Shown here piece by piece: positions 9,467 through 17,477 of a DNA stretch of 32,000 nucleotides; within the stretch, counting starts at the first letter, position 1; each line of letters starts with the position of its first letter. The notes under the pieces are model-generated. The model ran no database searches. It saw only the letters and a program-made list of their open reading frames with translations, and was not told the origin of the DNA. The stretch comes from Desulfocapsa sulfexigens DSM 10523. Lineage in GTDB: Bacteria > Desulfobacterota > Desulfobulbia > Desulfobulbales > Desulfocapsaceae. The DNA lies in NCBI RefSeq assembly GCF_000341395.1, contig NC_020304.1, positions 1,080,001-1,112,000 of the forward strand, given 5' to 3'. The translations under genes were made by a program, and so were the position numbers.

Positions 9467-10915
9467 CTATTTCTTTCGTACAATTGGTTTCAGCAGGGCT
9501 TCATTCGGTGTAATACAGGGAAGCGATTCTCCAATATACTCCTCAATATCCATAAGATAAAAGGAACTCTCCTCATCTGCAAAACTGATGGAAATTCCAT
9601 CAGCTCCGGCACGGCCGGTACGCCCGATACGATGCACATAATCTTCTGGTTCGTAAGGAAGGGTGAAATTCACAACATGACTGATGTCATCGATATGGAT
9701 ACCACGCCCGGCAACATCCGTTGCAACCATTGCCTTTATTGTCCCGTTTCGGAAACTCTCAAGACGGGCTGTTCTCTTCTGTTGCGGAACATCTCCCGTA
9801 AGCAGGGTGCAACTTATACCGTCCCGCTGAAGACGATCATGGAGTCGCTTGGCATCCCGTTTCATATTGGTAAAGATGATGACCCGATCACAGTTTTCAC
9901 TGTTGATAATATTATACAATACCAGATACTTTTCATCTCTGGTGAGTGTGTAAACAACCTGCGTTACAGTTTCCACCGCCATATTATCCGCCTCGGTTTC
10001 CACTGAAATGGGATTCACACACCACTGCGATGCCAGACGGGCAACCTCTTCGGTAATTGTTGCCGAAAACATCATGGTCTGACGTTTATCTTTGTTTGGT
10101 ATCTTATGGATAATAGAGCGAACATCGGGGATAAAGCCCATATCAAGCATCCGATCCGCCTCATCGATAACCATAATACCAGCCTGATCCAGCTGTACTA
10201 CCCGTTTACGGGAGAAATCAAGCAGTCGCCCGGGAGTGGCCACCAGAATATCCACCGGACGGTCCCTGATATTCTTCTGCTGCCGTTCATAATCGGTTCC
10301 ACCATAGGCCTCTGCCACACGCATGGGCAGATACTTGGCTATGGCTCTTGCATCCTTGGCGATCTGGATTACCAGCTCTCTGGTTGGTGCAATGATCAAT
10401 GCCCTAGGAGTTCCATTACGACGCTTTTGCTGCTGTTCCCCGAGGAGTCGAGCGAAAATTCCAATAAGGAATACTGCACTTTTTCCGGTGCCGGTGGAGG
10501 CCTTTCCGATAATATCTTTTCCAGCAATAACATCGGGCAATGATTTCTGCTGGATGGGGGTGCAGTATCTGAAGTTCAAATCCGCAATCCCGTGCATAAG
10601 CCCTGGAGAGAGACTGAAATCATGAAAACGGGTTTTTCCCTCTTCCGTTTCCACGGGAAATTGTGAAACAGTCCATTTTCTTGGCTTTCTTTTTCCCTGC
10701 TGATTTCTGTCCAGAGGCGTGGAGGCCGCAGCTTTACCTGCTGGCTGTCTCTGCGGCTTCGGTGCGGGTGCTGCCTTTGCAACAACCGGAATTTCAACTT
10801 TTTCAACCACACTAACGGGCTTTACAGAAGTCATTGTTGAAATGACTCCACATTGTCGAATCGTGCGGAGTCTTTTTCTTCTGTTCTGCCGTTGTTTAAC
10901 TTGTCTTTTATTCAT
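9467..10915 (-). CDS. DEAD-box ATP-dependent RNA helicase (RhlB/RhlE-like) with a basic ~100-aa N-terminal extension
   Basis: Q-motif FHDF...CTPIQ, motif I ASTGTGKSAVF, motif II DEADRMLD, motif III SAT, motif VI HRIGRTGRAG. The ATG at 10915 directly abuts the upstream stop (TAG 10918-10916). Confidence 0.92.
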   Translation of the reverse strand: MNKRQVKQRQNRRKRLRTIRQCGVISTMTSVKPVSVVEKVEIPVVAKAAPAPKPQRQPAGKAAASTPLDRNQQGKRKPRKWTVSQFPVETEEGKTRFHDFSLSPGLMHGIADLNFRYCTPIQQKSLPDVIAGKDIIGKASTGTGKSAVFLIGIFARLLGEQQQKRRNGTPRALIIAPTRELVIQIAKDARAIAKYLPMRVAEAYGGTDYERQQKNIRDRPVDILVATPGRLLDFSRKRVVQLDQAGIMVIDEADRMLDMGFIPDVRSIIHKIPNKDKRQTMMFSATITEEVARLASQWCVNPISVETEADNMAVETVTQVVYTLTRDEKYLVLYNIINSENCDRVIIFTNMKRDAKRLHDRLQRDGISCTLLTGDVPQQKRTARLESFRNGTIKAMVATDVAGRGIHIDDISHVVNFTLPYEPEDYVHRIGRTGRAGADGISISFADEESSFYLMDIEEYIGESLPCITPNEALLKPIVRKK

Positions 10916-11452
10916 CTATTGTGCGACCTTGCGCAGTATATCAATCCCGTCGGGGGTAAAATCTTCATTTTCTGACAATTTGAAAATATCAGAAACACTC
11001 ATAAAACAGCCGGAAGCAACTTCTTCTTCCTGTAGCTGGAAAGGACCATTGTGGACACAGGAAAAAATCCGTCCCCAGACCCGGTTATCATCTTCTTCAA
11101 AGTACTGATCAAAAAGAGGGGTAAAAGAGACCCCTGCAACTCCAAGTTCTTCCGCTAATTCCCTGTGTGCAGATTCTTCGTAGGATTCTCCCGCAAGTAC
11201 AACCCCTCCGGCTGCAACATCCCAGCAGGAAGGATACAAATCCTTGGTGGCTGTTCGTTTTTGGAGAAAGAGCTCTTTCTGTTCGTTGAAAACAAGGATA
11301 TAGGAAGCGCGATGGATGAGACCCTGCTCACGCATAATACGCCTTGGAACTACCTCTGTCTCCATGTTGTTACGGTCAACAATCTGGACGATTTCTTCCC
11401 CGGGGTTATACATCAGGCTTAATCCCTGACCGTTCACAGTGGGGAGTTGCAA
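10916..11452 (-). CDS. NUDIX hydrolase
   Basis: Nudix box GGVVLAGESYEESAHRELAEELGV. An alternative start at ATG 11413 (MYNPGEE...) would give an 8-nt ATGTATAA overlap with the upstream stop, instead of a 47-nt overlap. Confidence 0.8.
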   Translation of the reverse strand: MQLPTVNGQGLSLMYNPGEEIVQIVDRNNMETEVVPRRIMREQGLIHRASYILVFNEQKELFLQKRTATKDLYPSCWDVAAGGVVLAGESYEESAHRELAEELGVAGVSFTPLFDQYFEEDDNRVWGRIFSCVHNGPFQLQEEEVASGCFMSVSDIFKLSENEDFTPDGIDILRKVAQ

Positions 11453-12053
11453 TAGCCGGGGGGCCCTTCAGCAGCATCTGGGCAATGGTCAGTTTCACCC
11501 GTGGATACAAATGAAGCTTTTCGCCCATGAGTTTCCGCTCCACCGCTACCAGCCTTTGCAGGAGCGGTGTTCGCTCCACGTGCGGGGCCTGAGAATCATG
11601 AACAAATTTCTTTTTCACGATTTTTTGGCAGCGAAAACAACCGGGAAAATGCAAGGTCTGCCCATCCGGGCGCCGCATTGAAGCCGGTACTCCGTGAGTC
11701 CTGCAGACCATAAGCCGATGTGTATAGAGGCTACAACGTCCCTCATCAATCAAGGGACACATCACCTGGGGACGCTCCCCCCTGGCTTCAGCCTTCTCAC
11801 ATTCAAGAATATACTGCTTCGAGCGCTCGACAAGTTCCTGCTGCCTCGCTTCATCAAGTTCACAAAAACCCTTCCAGAGATAGGCCCATTCGGCGTAGGT
11901 ATGATGGAGAAAATAGGAATCACAGCAGTTATCCGGGCAGCCGTCACAGCTGAAATTCAGACTGCGCGCCACCACATCATAACTCGATGCCATCTCCTCA
12001 TAGATTCTACGCATCTCTTCGCTGAGTTCGTCACTGAGTACCACTTCCTTCAT
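11406..12053 (-). CDS. YkgJ-like Cys-cluster protein (CxxCxxxCC ... CPLIDEGRCSLYxxRxxxCR)
   Basis: CDGCPDNCC and CPLIDEGRCSLYTHRLMVCRTHG resemble the two halves of the YkgJ/UPF0153 motif. The start overlaps the upstream stop as ATGA (12053-12050). Confidence 0.6.
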   Translation of the reverse strand: MKEVVLSDELSEEMRRIYEEMASSYDVVARSLNFSCDGCPDNCCDSYFLHHTYAEWAYLWKGFCELDEARQQELVERSKQYILECEKAEARGERPQVMCPLIDEGRCSLYTHRLMVCRTHGVPASMRRPDGQTLHFPGCFRCQKIVKKKFVHDSQAPHVERTPLLQRLVAVERKLMGEKLHLYPRVKLTIAQMLLKGPPAIATPHCERSGIKPDV

Positions 12054-12619
12054 TCTTCTTCCTCTTCAAAACATTGCACCTGATAAATTTCAATCTTCGG
12101 GTGATCATTCTTCCAGGCGCTATCAACAAGCCCTGCCTTACGGCAGAGATGACTTAGAAACAGCTCTGGTGCAGGCAGCTGATCCCATACCTGGGGTAAA
12201 AAAGTGGCACCCGCACGCCCGAGTTGCAAAATCACCCCATCTATACCCGGCCGCAGTTTACTGATAAGATCGGCACCATCGCTATATTCAAGCTTTTGCG
12301 GCTGACTGAGCACTGAGATGTCAATTTCCACATTATCAAACTCTGCGGCAGTGAGAGGTGAGAAACGACTGTCATGAAAGGCTGCGCTGATTGCATTACG
12401 TTTCACACCCTCCGCAACCGATCCACTGGGTAAAAGATTACCGATACACCCCCGTAAGTTCCCTCCGATCTTCAGGGTAACAAAAGTACCATATTCAACA
12501 TCAAGTGCTGGATCATTCACAGCTTCCACGTCTGTCTCAACACCCAGCTTCACAGCAATAGTCTGCCTGGCAAGTCGCAGTAAACTCCGCCCCTGTTCCA
12601 CAGTTAAAACTGATTTCAT
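12050..12619 (-). CDS. AMMECR1-domain protein
   Basis: AMMECR1 signature LRGCIGNL, followed by AISAAFHDSRFSPL. ATG 12619 is preceded by AAGGTG about 9 nt upstream. The ORF is open up to 12715, so the start is uncertain. Confidence 0.8.
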   Translation of the reverse strand: MKSVLTVEQGRSLLRLARQTIAVKLGVETDVEAVNDPALDVEYGTFVTLKIGGNLRGCIGNLLPSGSVAEGVKRNAISAAFHDSRFSPLTAAEFDNVEIDISVLSQPQKLEYSDGADLISKLRPGIDGVILQLGRAGATFLPQVWDQLPAPELFLSHLCRKAGLVDSAWKNDHPKIEIYQVQCFEEEEE

Positions 12620-12715
12620 GTTTTTTTTCACCTTAGGACTCATCCCTGAAATGATTGGCCACAGCGTTTCATATGTGTTTTGTCCGGTCTTGGCATAATA
12701 GTTTCTGACTACCAC

Positions 12716-12838
12716 AACTCCTCAGCCTACCCGCCTGAGGAGTTGTTCCGTTTTGATTATATGGGTATCTGCGGTCTGGACGGCCGCAGCAGAGCCCCCA
12801 GGGATGGGTTTATGGCGTCCCATATAATCGACACGGAA
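12716..12838. other. Nested inverted-repeat (structured) element in the fabH-like/AMMECR1 spacer
   Basis: There is a perfect 10-bp hairpin AACTCCTCAG-N9-CTGAGGAGTT (12716-12744). Adjacent are long-range arms TTCCGTtttGATTATATGGG (12746-12765) and CCCATATAATCgacACGGAA (12819-12838), 17 of 20 positions complementary. These arms enclose a CTGCGG-N9-CCGCAG hairpin. Confidence 0.5.
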
Positions 12839-12940
12839 CAGCTCCGGATTGCAAAGCTGAGTTTCGATGGTAATCAGGTAATAGTTTGCCCTAATATGTC
12901 CAAGCCTTATCAGGTGCAGATGCGCCGCTGTGGCCAATAA

Positions 12941-13975
12941 TTACCACTTTATTCCCAGCATCAGGCAGTTAATTCCACTGCCAATCCCCAGCATGGCTGC
13001 CTTTTCACCGGGCCGAAAACAATCCTGTTCCATGGCCATGGCCATGGTAATAGGTGCAGACACAGATCCCACGTTACCCAAGGTCTGTAATGTCTCAAAA
13101 TTCTTTTTCAAATCCAGCCCGAGAGTATCAAAAAGCAACCGCGCATGAGCCGTTCCCACCTGATGACAGAAAAACCTGTCAATATCATCCTCACTCCAGC
13201 CGGGGATGGATGCAAAATCCTCCCAGGTCGCATGAGCCGTCTCGACACCCCGGATCAGCAACTCCTCGGAGTTAGTGTTCATAAGGGTGGTGTCAGCGCC
13301 GCTCTGTGCCCCCTGACAGAGATCGGAATGCCTGGTGTTAGCTTTCCAGGCTCCACGCATCAGGCGCGGTTTATTCATCCCAGGGAGAAGACTGCACATA
13401 TAGAGGGCCACAGAACCGGAACCAATGGTGAGGGAAGCAAAGGCTGGCTTTATTTTTTTCCTGGTCAGACCTTTATCGTCAAGCAGTGCCTGAATTGTTG
13501 ATTCCACAAGTTCCTCGGCCGTTTCACCTGCCACCACCAGTCCAGTACGCACCTGGCCAAGCTCTATCATATTGGCAAGCATCACCATTCCGTCGAGAAA
13601 TCCCAGGCAGGCATTGGACAGATCAAAGAGCAGACAATCTTCCGATAAACCCAGCTGACTATGAACAAAGGAAGCAGTGGCCGGTTCCATCATATCCCTT
13701 GAAACCGAGGTAAAAATAAGACATTCTATGGTGTCGGGATCGATATCACTCTTATCAAGTACTGCCTGTCCAGCAAGTGCTGCCCCCTGACTCGGTCTGG
13801 TTCCCGGCTCCCACAACCGTCTCTCTTTTATTCCGCTCATCAGTTCCAGTCTTCCGGCAGGAAGCTTCAGGCGTTCGTACAATGGAGCCAGGCGTTTCTC
13901 TATGGCATCGGAACCTATAATACGGGGTGGCAGCACGTAGGCAAATGTATGAAGACAGACTTTTGAATAGAACAT
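12941..13975 (-). CDS. 3-oxoacyl-ACP synthase III (FabH-like KAS III) family protein
   Basis: Cys-His-Asn triad contexts SNACLGFLDG, FFCHQVGTAHARL and LGNVGSVSAPI. Length of 344 aa is typical of the family. Confidence 0.85.
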   Translation of the reverse strand: MFYSKVCLHTFAYVLPPRIIGSDAIEKRLAPLYERLKLPAGRLELMSGIKERRLWEPGTRPSQGAALAGQAVLDKSDIDPDTIECLIFTSVSRDMMEPATASFVHSQLGLSEDCLLFDLSNACLGFLDGMVMLANMIELGQVRTGLVVAGETAEELVESTIQALLDDKGLTRKKIKPAFASLTIGSGSVALYMCSLLPGMNKPRLMRGAWKANTRHSDLCQGAQSGADTTLMNTNSEELLIRGVETAHATWEDFASIPGWSEDDIDRFFCHQVGTAHARLLFDTLGLDLKKNFETLQTLGNVGSVSAPITMAMAMEQDCFRPGEKAAMLGIGSGINCLMLGIKW

Positions 13976-14073
13976 ATATTTTCTATATTACTGATATTGT
14001 GGGTAGCAGGGATGAATCAATTCGAGGAGAATGTAGCAGGTATAGCGAAGGAATACAACTTTTAGCGGCTTTT

Positions 14074-14967
14074 TTATAATGAGGCCTCAGCCAGAGAAAT
14101 TTCCAGACGGCGGGCGATAAGTGATACCGCAAAGCAAAGCACAAAATACATAAAGGAGATGGTCAGCCACACCTCATTAGTCCGCTGAGTGGAGGTCATC
14201 ACCTGCATTCCCTGGAAGGTGAGCTCCTGAATTGAAATAATGGAAACAATAGACGAATACTTAATGGTATTTATAAATTCATTGGCGAGCGGTGGCAGCA
14301 CACGTCTGGTCGCCTGTGGCAGGACAATAAACCGCATCTGCTGCAGCCACCTGAGACCGAGTGCAGCCGAGGCCTCCCACTGTTCATTATCTATGGACTG
14401 TATCCCTGCCCGGACAATCTCTGCAATATAGGCTCCCTGAAACAAAGCCACGGTGAACACTCCTGAGACAAAGGCTGTAAAGAGTTCAGGTGAGGCAACG
14501 GTAACACTCAGCCATTGGGCAGTCAGACCTGTTCTGCTGCGGACAAATTCATCCACTCCAAGGGACAGCATCAGCTGATCGGATACAAAAAAATAGAAGA
14601 TAAAGACCAGAACCAGAGGCGGAATATTGCGAATAAGCTCCACATAGCTGCGTCCTATCATACGATACAGGAGACGCTTCCGGGTTCGAAGTATTCCCAT
14701 AAGGACACCAATAATGGTGGCAAAAAAGATTGCCCAGAGACTGAGACGAATGGTGGTCAAAAAACCATCGATTAAAATATTGCTGACCCAGCGCTCATTC
14801 TCACCATCCCAGCGAAAGAGGTAATTAGGAATCACCCCCCAGTCCCAGCGATAGTTCAGTCCAACACTCAGTCGATACGTGATATATCCAATGAATAACA
14901 GGATAACAGACGTCACCGCAATGTCGAGGACAGTACTGCTTTTTCGTATAAGATAAACACCAGTCAT
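14074..14967 (-). CDS. Polar amino-acid ABC transporter permease (HisM/GlnP family)
   Basis: EAA loop EASAALGLRWLQQMRFIVLPQATRRVLPPLANEFINTIKYSS, with multiple hydrophobic TM segments. The start overlaps the upstream stop (ATGA at 14967-14964). Confidence 0.85.
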   Translation of the reverse strand: MTGVYLIRKSSTVLDIAVTSVILLFIGYITYRLSVGLNYRWDWGVIPNYLFRWDGENERWVSNILIDGFLTTIRLSLWAIFFATIIGVLMGILRTRKRLLYRMIGRSYVELIRNIPPLVLVFIFYFFVSDQLMLSLGVDEFVRSRTGLTAQWLSVTVASPELFTAFVSGVFTVALFQGAYIAEIVRAGIQSIDNEQWEASAALGLRWLQQMRFIVLPQATRRVLPPLANEFINTIKYSSIVSIISIQELTFQGMQVMTSTQRTNEVWLTISFMYFVLCFAVSLIARRLEISLAEASL

Positions 14968-15782
14968 ATTCTGTTGATCCTGACCTCACCCCTCTGTACC
15001 GTCCGATAATACTTTACCGCCGGTATACCAAAGGACATCATATAGCCAATGGTATGACCTTCTGGCACATTCAAGCGCTCTAGAACCTCGGGTACAATCC
15101 TGGTCAAAGCCCAGTTGCACAAGCCATTCCACACCGTCCCCAAACCACTTGCTGCCGCCAAAATTTCAAAATAGGTCAGAGCAATCAGACAGTCCTGCTC
15201 AGGCGATGGGCCATTGGCAGGAGTGGACACTATCAGGAGATGCGGGGCATTTCTAAAGAGGATGTCCTCCCCATTATCGGCTGCTGCTACGATTCCTGAA
15301 AAAAACTCGAGTTCCTTGGGCAGGCCTCCCCGTCCATCCACCCGGCGAATCCCCTCAATTGTATCATGACGCAGAGCTGCCATGGAGTCCTGATCTTCAA
15401 CAACAGTGAACAGCAGCTGTCGATTATTCACCCCAGTGGGGCCATTGGCTACCACTTCAAGTAACTCGGCGATAACACTGCTGGCAACCGGCTCATCACG
15501 ATATCTGCGAACAGAGCGTCTCCCCTTAATCAATGTCGCAACCTGTTGTTGGGAAGGGAACGCACTACCCAATTGAAGGGACTCATCAGGATTCAGACCA
15601 AAGATAGAAAGAGCCCCGGTGGGACAAACAGCAAAACAGTGCTGGCAGGCAATACATCTCTCCTCTTGCTCAGCAACTACCGTAGGATAACCATCGTCCA
15701 AAGATAATACATCATATGGGCAGTCTGTAACGCACTCTCCACATTGAACACAACGCTCTTCATCAATACGTAATAGAAGCAT
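14964..15782 (-). CDS. 4Fe-4S dicluster ferredoxin domain fused to a nitroreductase-family domain
   Basis: Two CxxCxxCxxxCP motifs (CVQCGECVTDCP, CIACQHCFAVCP), then the nitroreductase signature RRSVRRYRDEPV. ATG 15782 is preceded by GAGGAG. An in-frame GTG at 15794 is an alternative start. Confidence 0.85.
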   Translation of the reverse strand: MLLLRIDEERCVQCGECVTDCPYDVLSLDDGYPTVVAEQEERCIACQHCFAVCPTGALSIFGLNPDESLQLGSAFPSQQQVATLIKGRRSVRRYRDEPVASSVIAELLEVVANGPTGVNNRQLLFTVVEDQDSMAALRHDTIEGIRRVDGRGGLPKELEFFSGIVAAADNGEDILFRNAPHLLIVSTPANGPSPEQDCLIALTYFEILAAASGLGTVWNGLCNWALTRIVPEVLERLNVPEGHTIGYMMSFGIPAVKYYRTVQRGEVRINRI

Positions 15783-16059
15783 AACTCTCCTCACGAATAC
15801 CTGTAAATACTGTTTTATAATACTATCGACATATCATCATTATTGTTGAACGTTCGAAAAAAAAAGACCACTTGCAATGAACTTATTACAGAAACTGACA
15901 TTAGCCAACCCTGGAAAGTCATGTGACCAAAGGTACCTGCAAAAAAAACTATCGATATATCCTGGTAACCGCGGCAGAGGCTGCCCCCTTGATCAAGATT
16001 GTGGTGGTGCAGGCATATGAGCTGGATATGCAAACATAGTTCGACTGCCCCTTCCCTGT

Positions 16060-17322
16060 TCAGTCCAGCTTTTCTTTCTTGAACGTTTCGGGCAAAGTGA
16101 AAACCGTGACCAGGCTCACTCCTGAGGCAAGCGCCAGATACCACGCAACGGAGATATTATTGTGACTGGTATGAATCAGCCAGGTGGCAATCATGGGAGC
16201 TGTTCCACCAAAAATGGCAAAACAGAGATTAAATGCGATGCTGACAGCACTCATACGTACTTCTTTATCAAAAAGCTCCACCATAACCACTCCCACAACA
16301 CCCATGAAAGTCCCGATAAGAAGAGCAAATAGTGTTTGGCCAAGGAGCAGATGGTAGGTAAGAGAACCTGACATCAAAGTATAGAGGGGAAAGGAAAAAA
16401 GAGTCAGGCCTCCCGTGGAAATTATGAGCATTGGTTTTCGACCAAAGCGGTTCGAAAGGGAACTGGAAATCAACATGGCAAGTATCGCAACAACCAGAGC
16501 CAGGGAATTGATCTCCAGAGCATAGCTATTGGTAGTGTTGGAAAACTTCTGCATCCATAAAGGGTTATAGATAAAAACGGTATAAAAGCCGACTGCAAAC
16601 GTCATATTCAGAAAGAAGACTTTCAAAAAGGCACCAAGGTGATTTCGATAAATATCAACCATGGGTGCCACTGATCTGGACTCATCCTCTGGATGATAAG
16701 ACTCAGGTAGATACTTCCGGATGAGAATGCCTACAAAGGCAATTCCTGTTCCCATGCAGAAGGGAATCCTCCAGGCCCATGCAACGACACTCTCATGGCT
16801 GAAGCAGGTGAATATCGCCACTCCCACCAAACTACCGAGCAAAACCCCCAGTACTGTACCAACAAAAGGGATGACCGCGGCAAAGGAACGGTTATTCGAA
16901 TTTGACAGTTCAGTTAAATACACAACTGAGCCAGTATGTTCTCCGCCAACAGAAAGGCCCTGTAACATTCTCATAAGAATGAGCAGAATGGGGGCAAAGA
17001 TCCCTATAACCGAAAAAGTTGGAGTAATGGCAATAATACATGACGGAAAAGCCATGAGAAAAATTGATGCTGTGAGAACTTTTTTTCTGCCAAAGGTATC
17101 GCCTATATGGCCAAAAACAATGGCTCCCAGAGGCCGCATAACAAAGCCAATGGCAAACGCTGCAAACGCTGCCATAAGAGAGACGAAATGATTTTCTGAA
17201 GGAAAAAATTTCTGAGCAATAATCAATGAGAAAAAACCGTATACAGTAAAATCAAACCATTCCAGGATCTCACCTGTTAAACCAGCAAAATAGATTTTTT
17301 TATTAATTGCTCCTTTTTCCAT
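16060..17322 (-). CDS. MFS transporter, metabolite:H+ symporter (ProP/KgtP-like MHS) family
   Basis: MHS-type N-terminus GEILEWFDFTVYGFF and GHIGDTFGRKKVL, with about 12 hydrophobic segments. ATG 17322 is preceded by AGGAGA. The listed start at 17358 is upstream of that RBS. Confidence 0.85.
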   Translation of the reverse strand: MEKGAINKKIYFAGLTGEILEWFDFTVYGFFSLIIAQKFFPSENHFVSLMAAFAAFAIGFVMRPLGAIVFGHIGDTFGRKKVLTASIFLMAFPSCIIAITPTFSVIGIFAPILLILMRMLQGLSVGGEHTGSVVYLTELSNSNNRSFAAVIPFVGTVLGVLLGSLVGVAIFTCFSHESVVAWAWRIPFCMGTGIAFVGILIRKYLPESYHPEDESRSVAPMVDIYRNHLGAFLKVFFLNMTFAVGFYTVFIYNPLWMQKFSNTTNSYALEINSLALVVAILAMLISSSLSNRFGRKPMLIISTGGLTLFSFPLYTLMSGSLTYHLLLGQTLFALLIGTFMGVVGVVMVELFDKEVRMSAVSIAFNLCFAIFGGTAPMIATWLIHTSHNNISVAWYLALASGVSLVTVFTLPETFKKEKLD

Positions 17323-17359
17323 CCCTATCTCCTGTATCCATATTTCGCGTCCTGCCAAT

Positions 17360-17404
17360 AAGAGACAGTCACGGTTTGTATATTGTGCCCTGTCTCTTTT
17401 TTCT
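17360..17404 (+). terminator. Terminator-like hairpin with T-run, oriented on the + strand
   Basis: Perfect 9-bp stem AAGAGACAG (17360-17368) / CTGTCTCTT (17390-17398), running straight into a T-rich tract (CTGTCTCTTTTTTCTTC). On the - strand, where the flanking genes lie, no U-run follows the stem. Confidence 0.3.
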
Positions 17405-17477
17405 TCAGCTATTCCATCTATCCGCCCTTTTTCCTGTTATCACATCGTTCTGAGGCGTCTTACAGCAAAGCTGGTTT

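Noticed and set aside
12746-12838. Assignment of the structured element to a known riboswitch class
   Set aside because: I compared it from memory with purine, fluoride (crcB), ZTP, guanidine-I/II/III, c-di-GMP, glycine, TPP and SAM/SAH consensus features on both strands. Only trivial resemblances appeared (UAUAAUC, CCAUAAAC). An Rfam scan is needed, so no class is claimed.
12680-12940. ORFs of 86 aa (+) and 71 aa (-, 12722-12937) filling the fabH-like/AMMECR1 spacer
   Set aside because: Both strands are open over the same interval. The - strand ORF starts at a TTG without an RBS. The region is dominated by nested inverted repeats, so I treat it as a structured non-coding element rather than coding sequence.
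14680-14700. GGGTTCGAAG, a tRNA T-loop-like string
   Set aside because: It lies inside the permease CDS, and no acceptor, D or anticodon arms can be drawn around it.
15815-16144. 109-aa - strand ORF
   Set aside because: It overlaps the 3' end of the MFS gene out of frame. It has no RBS and a His/Cys/Leu-rich low-complexity product, and is most likely spurious.
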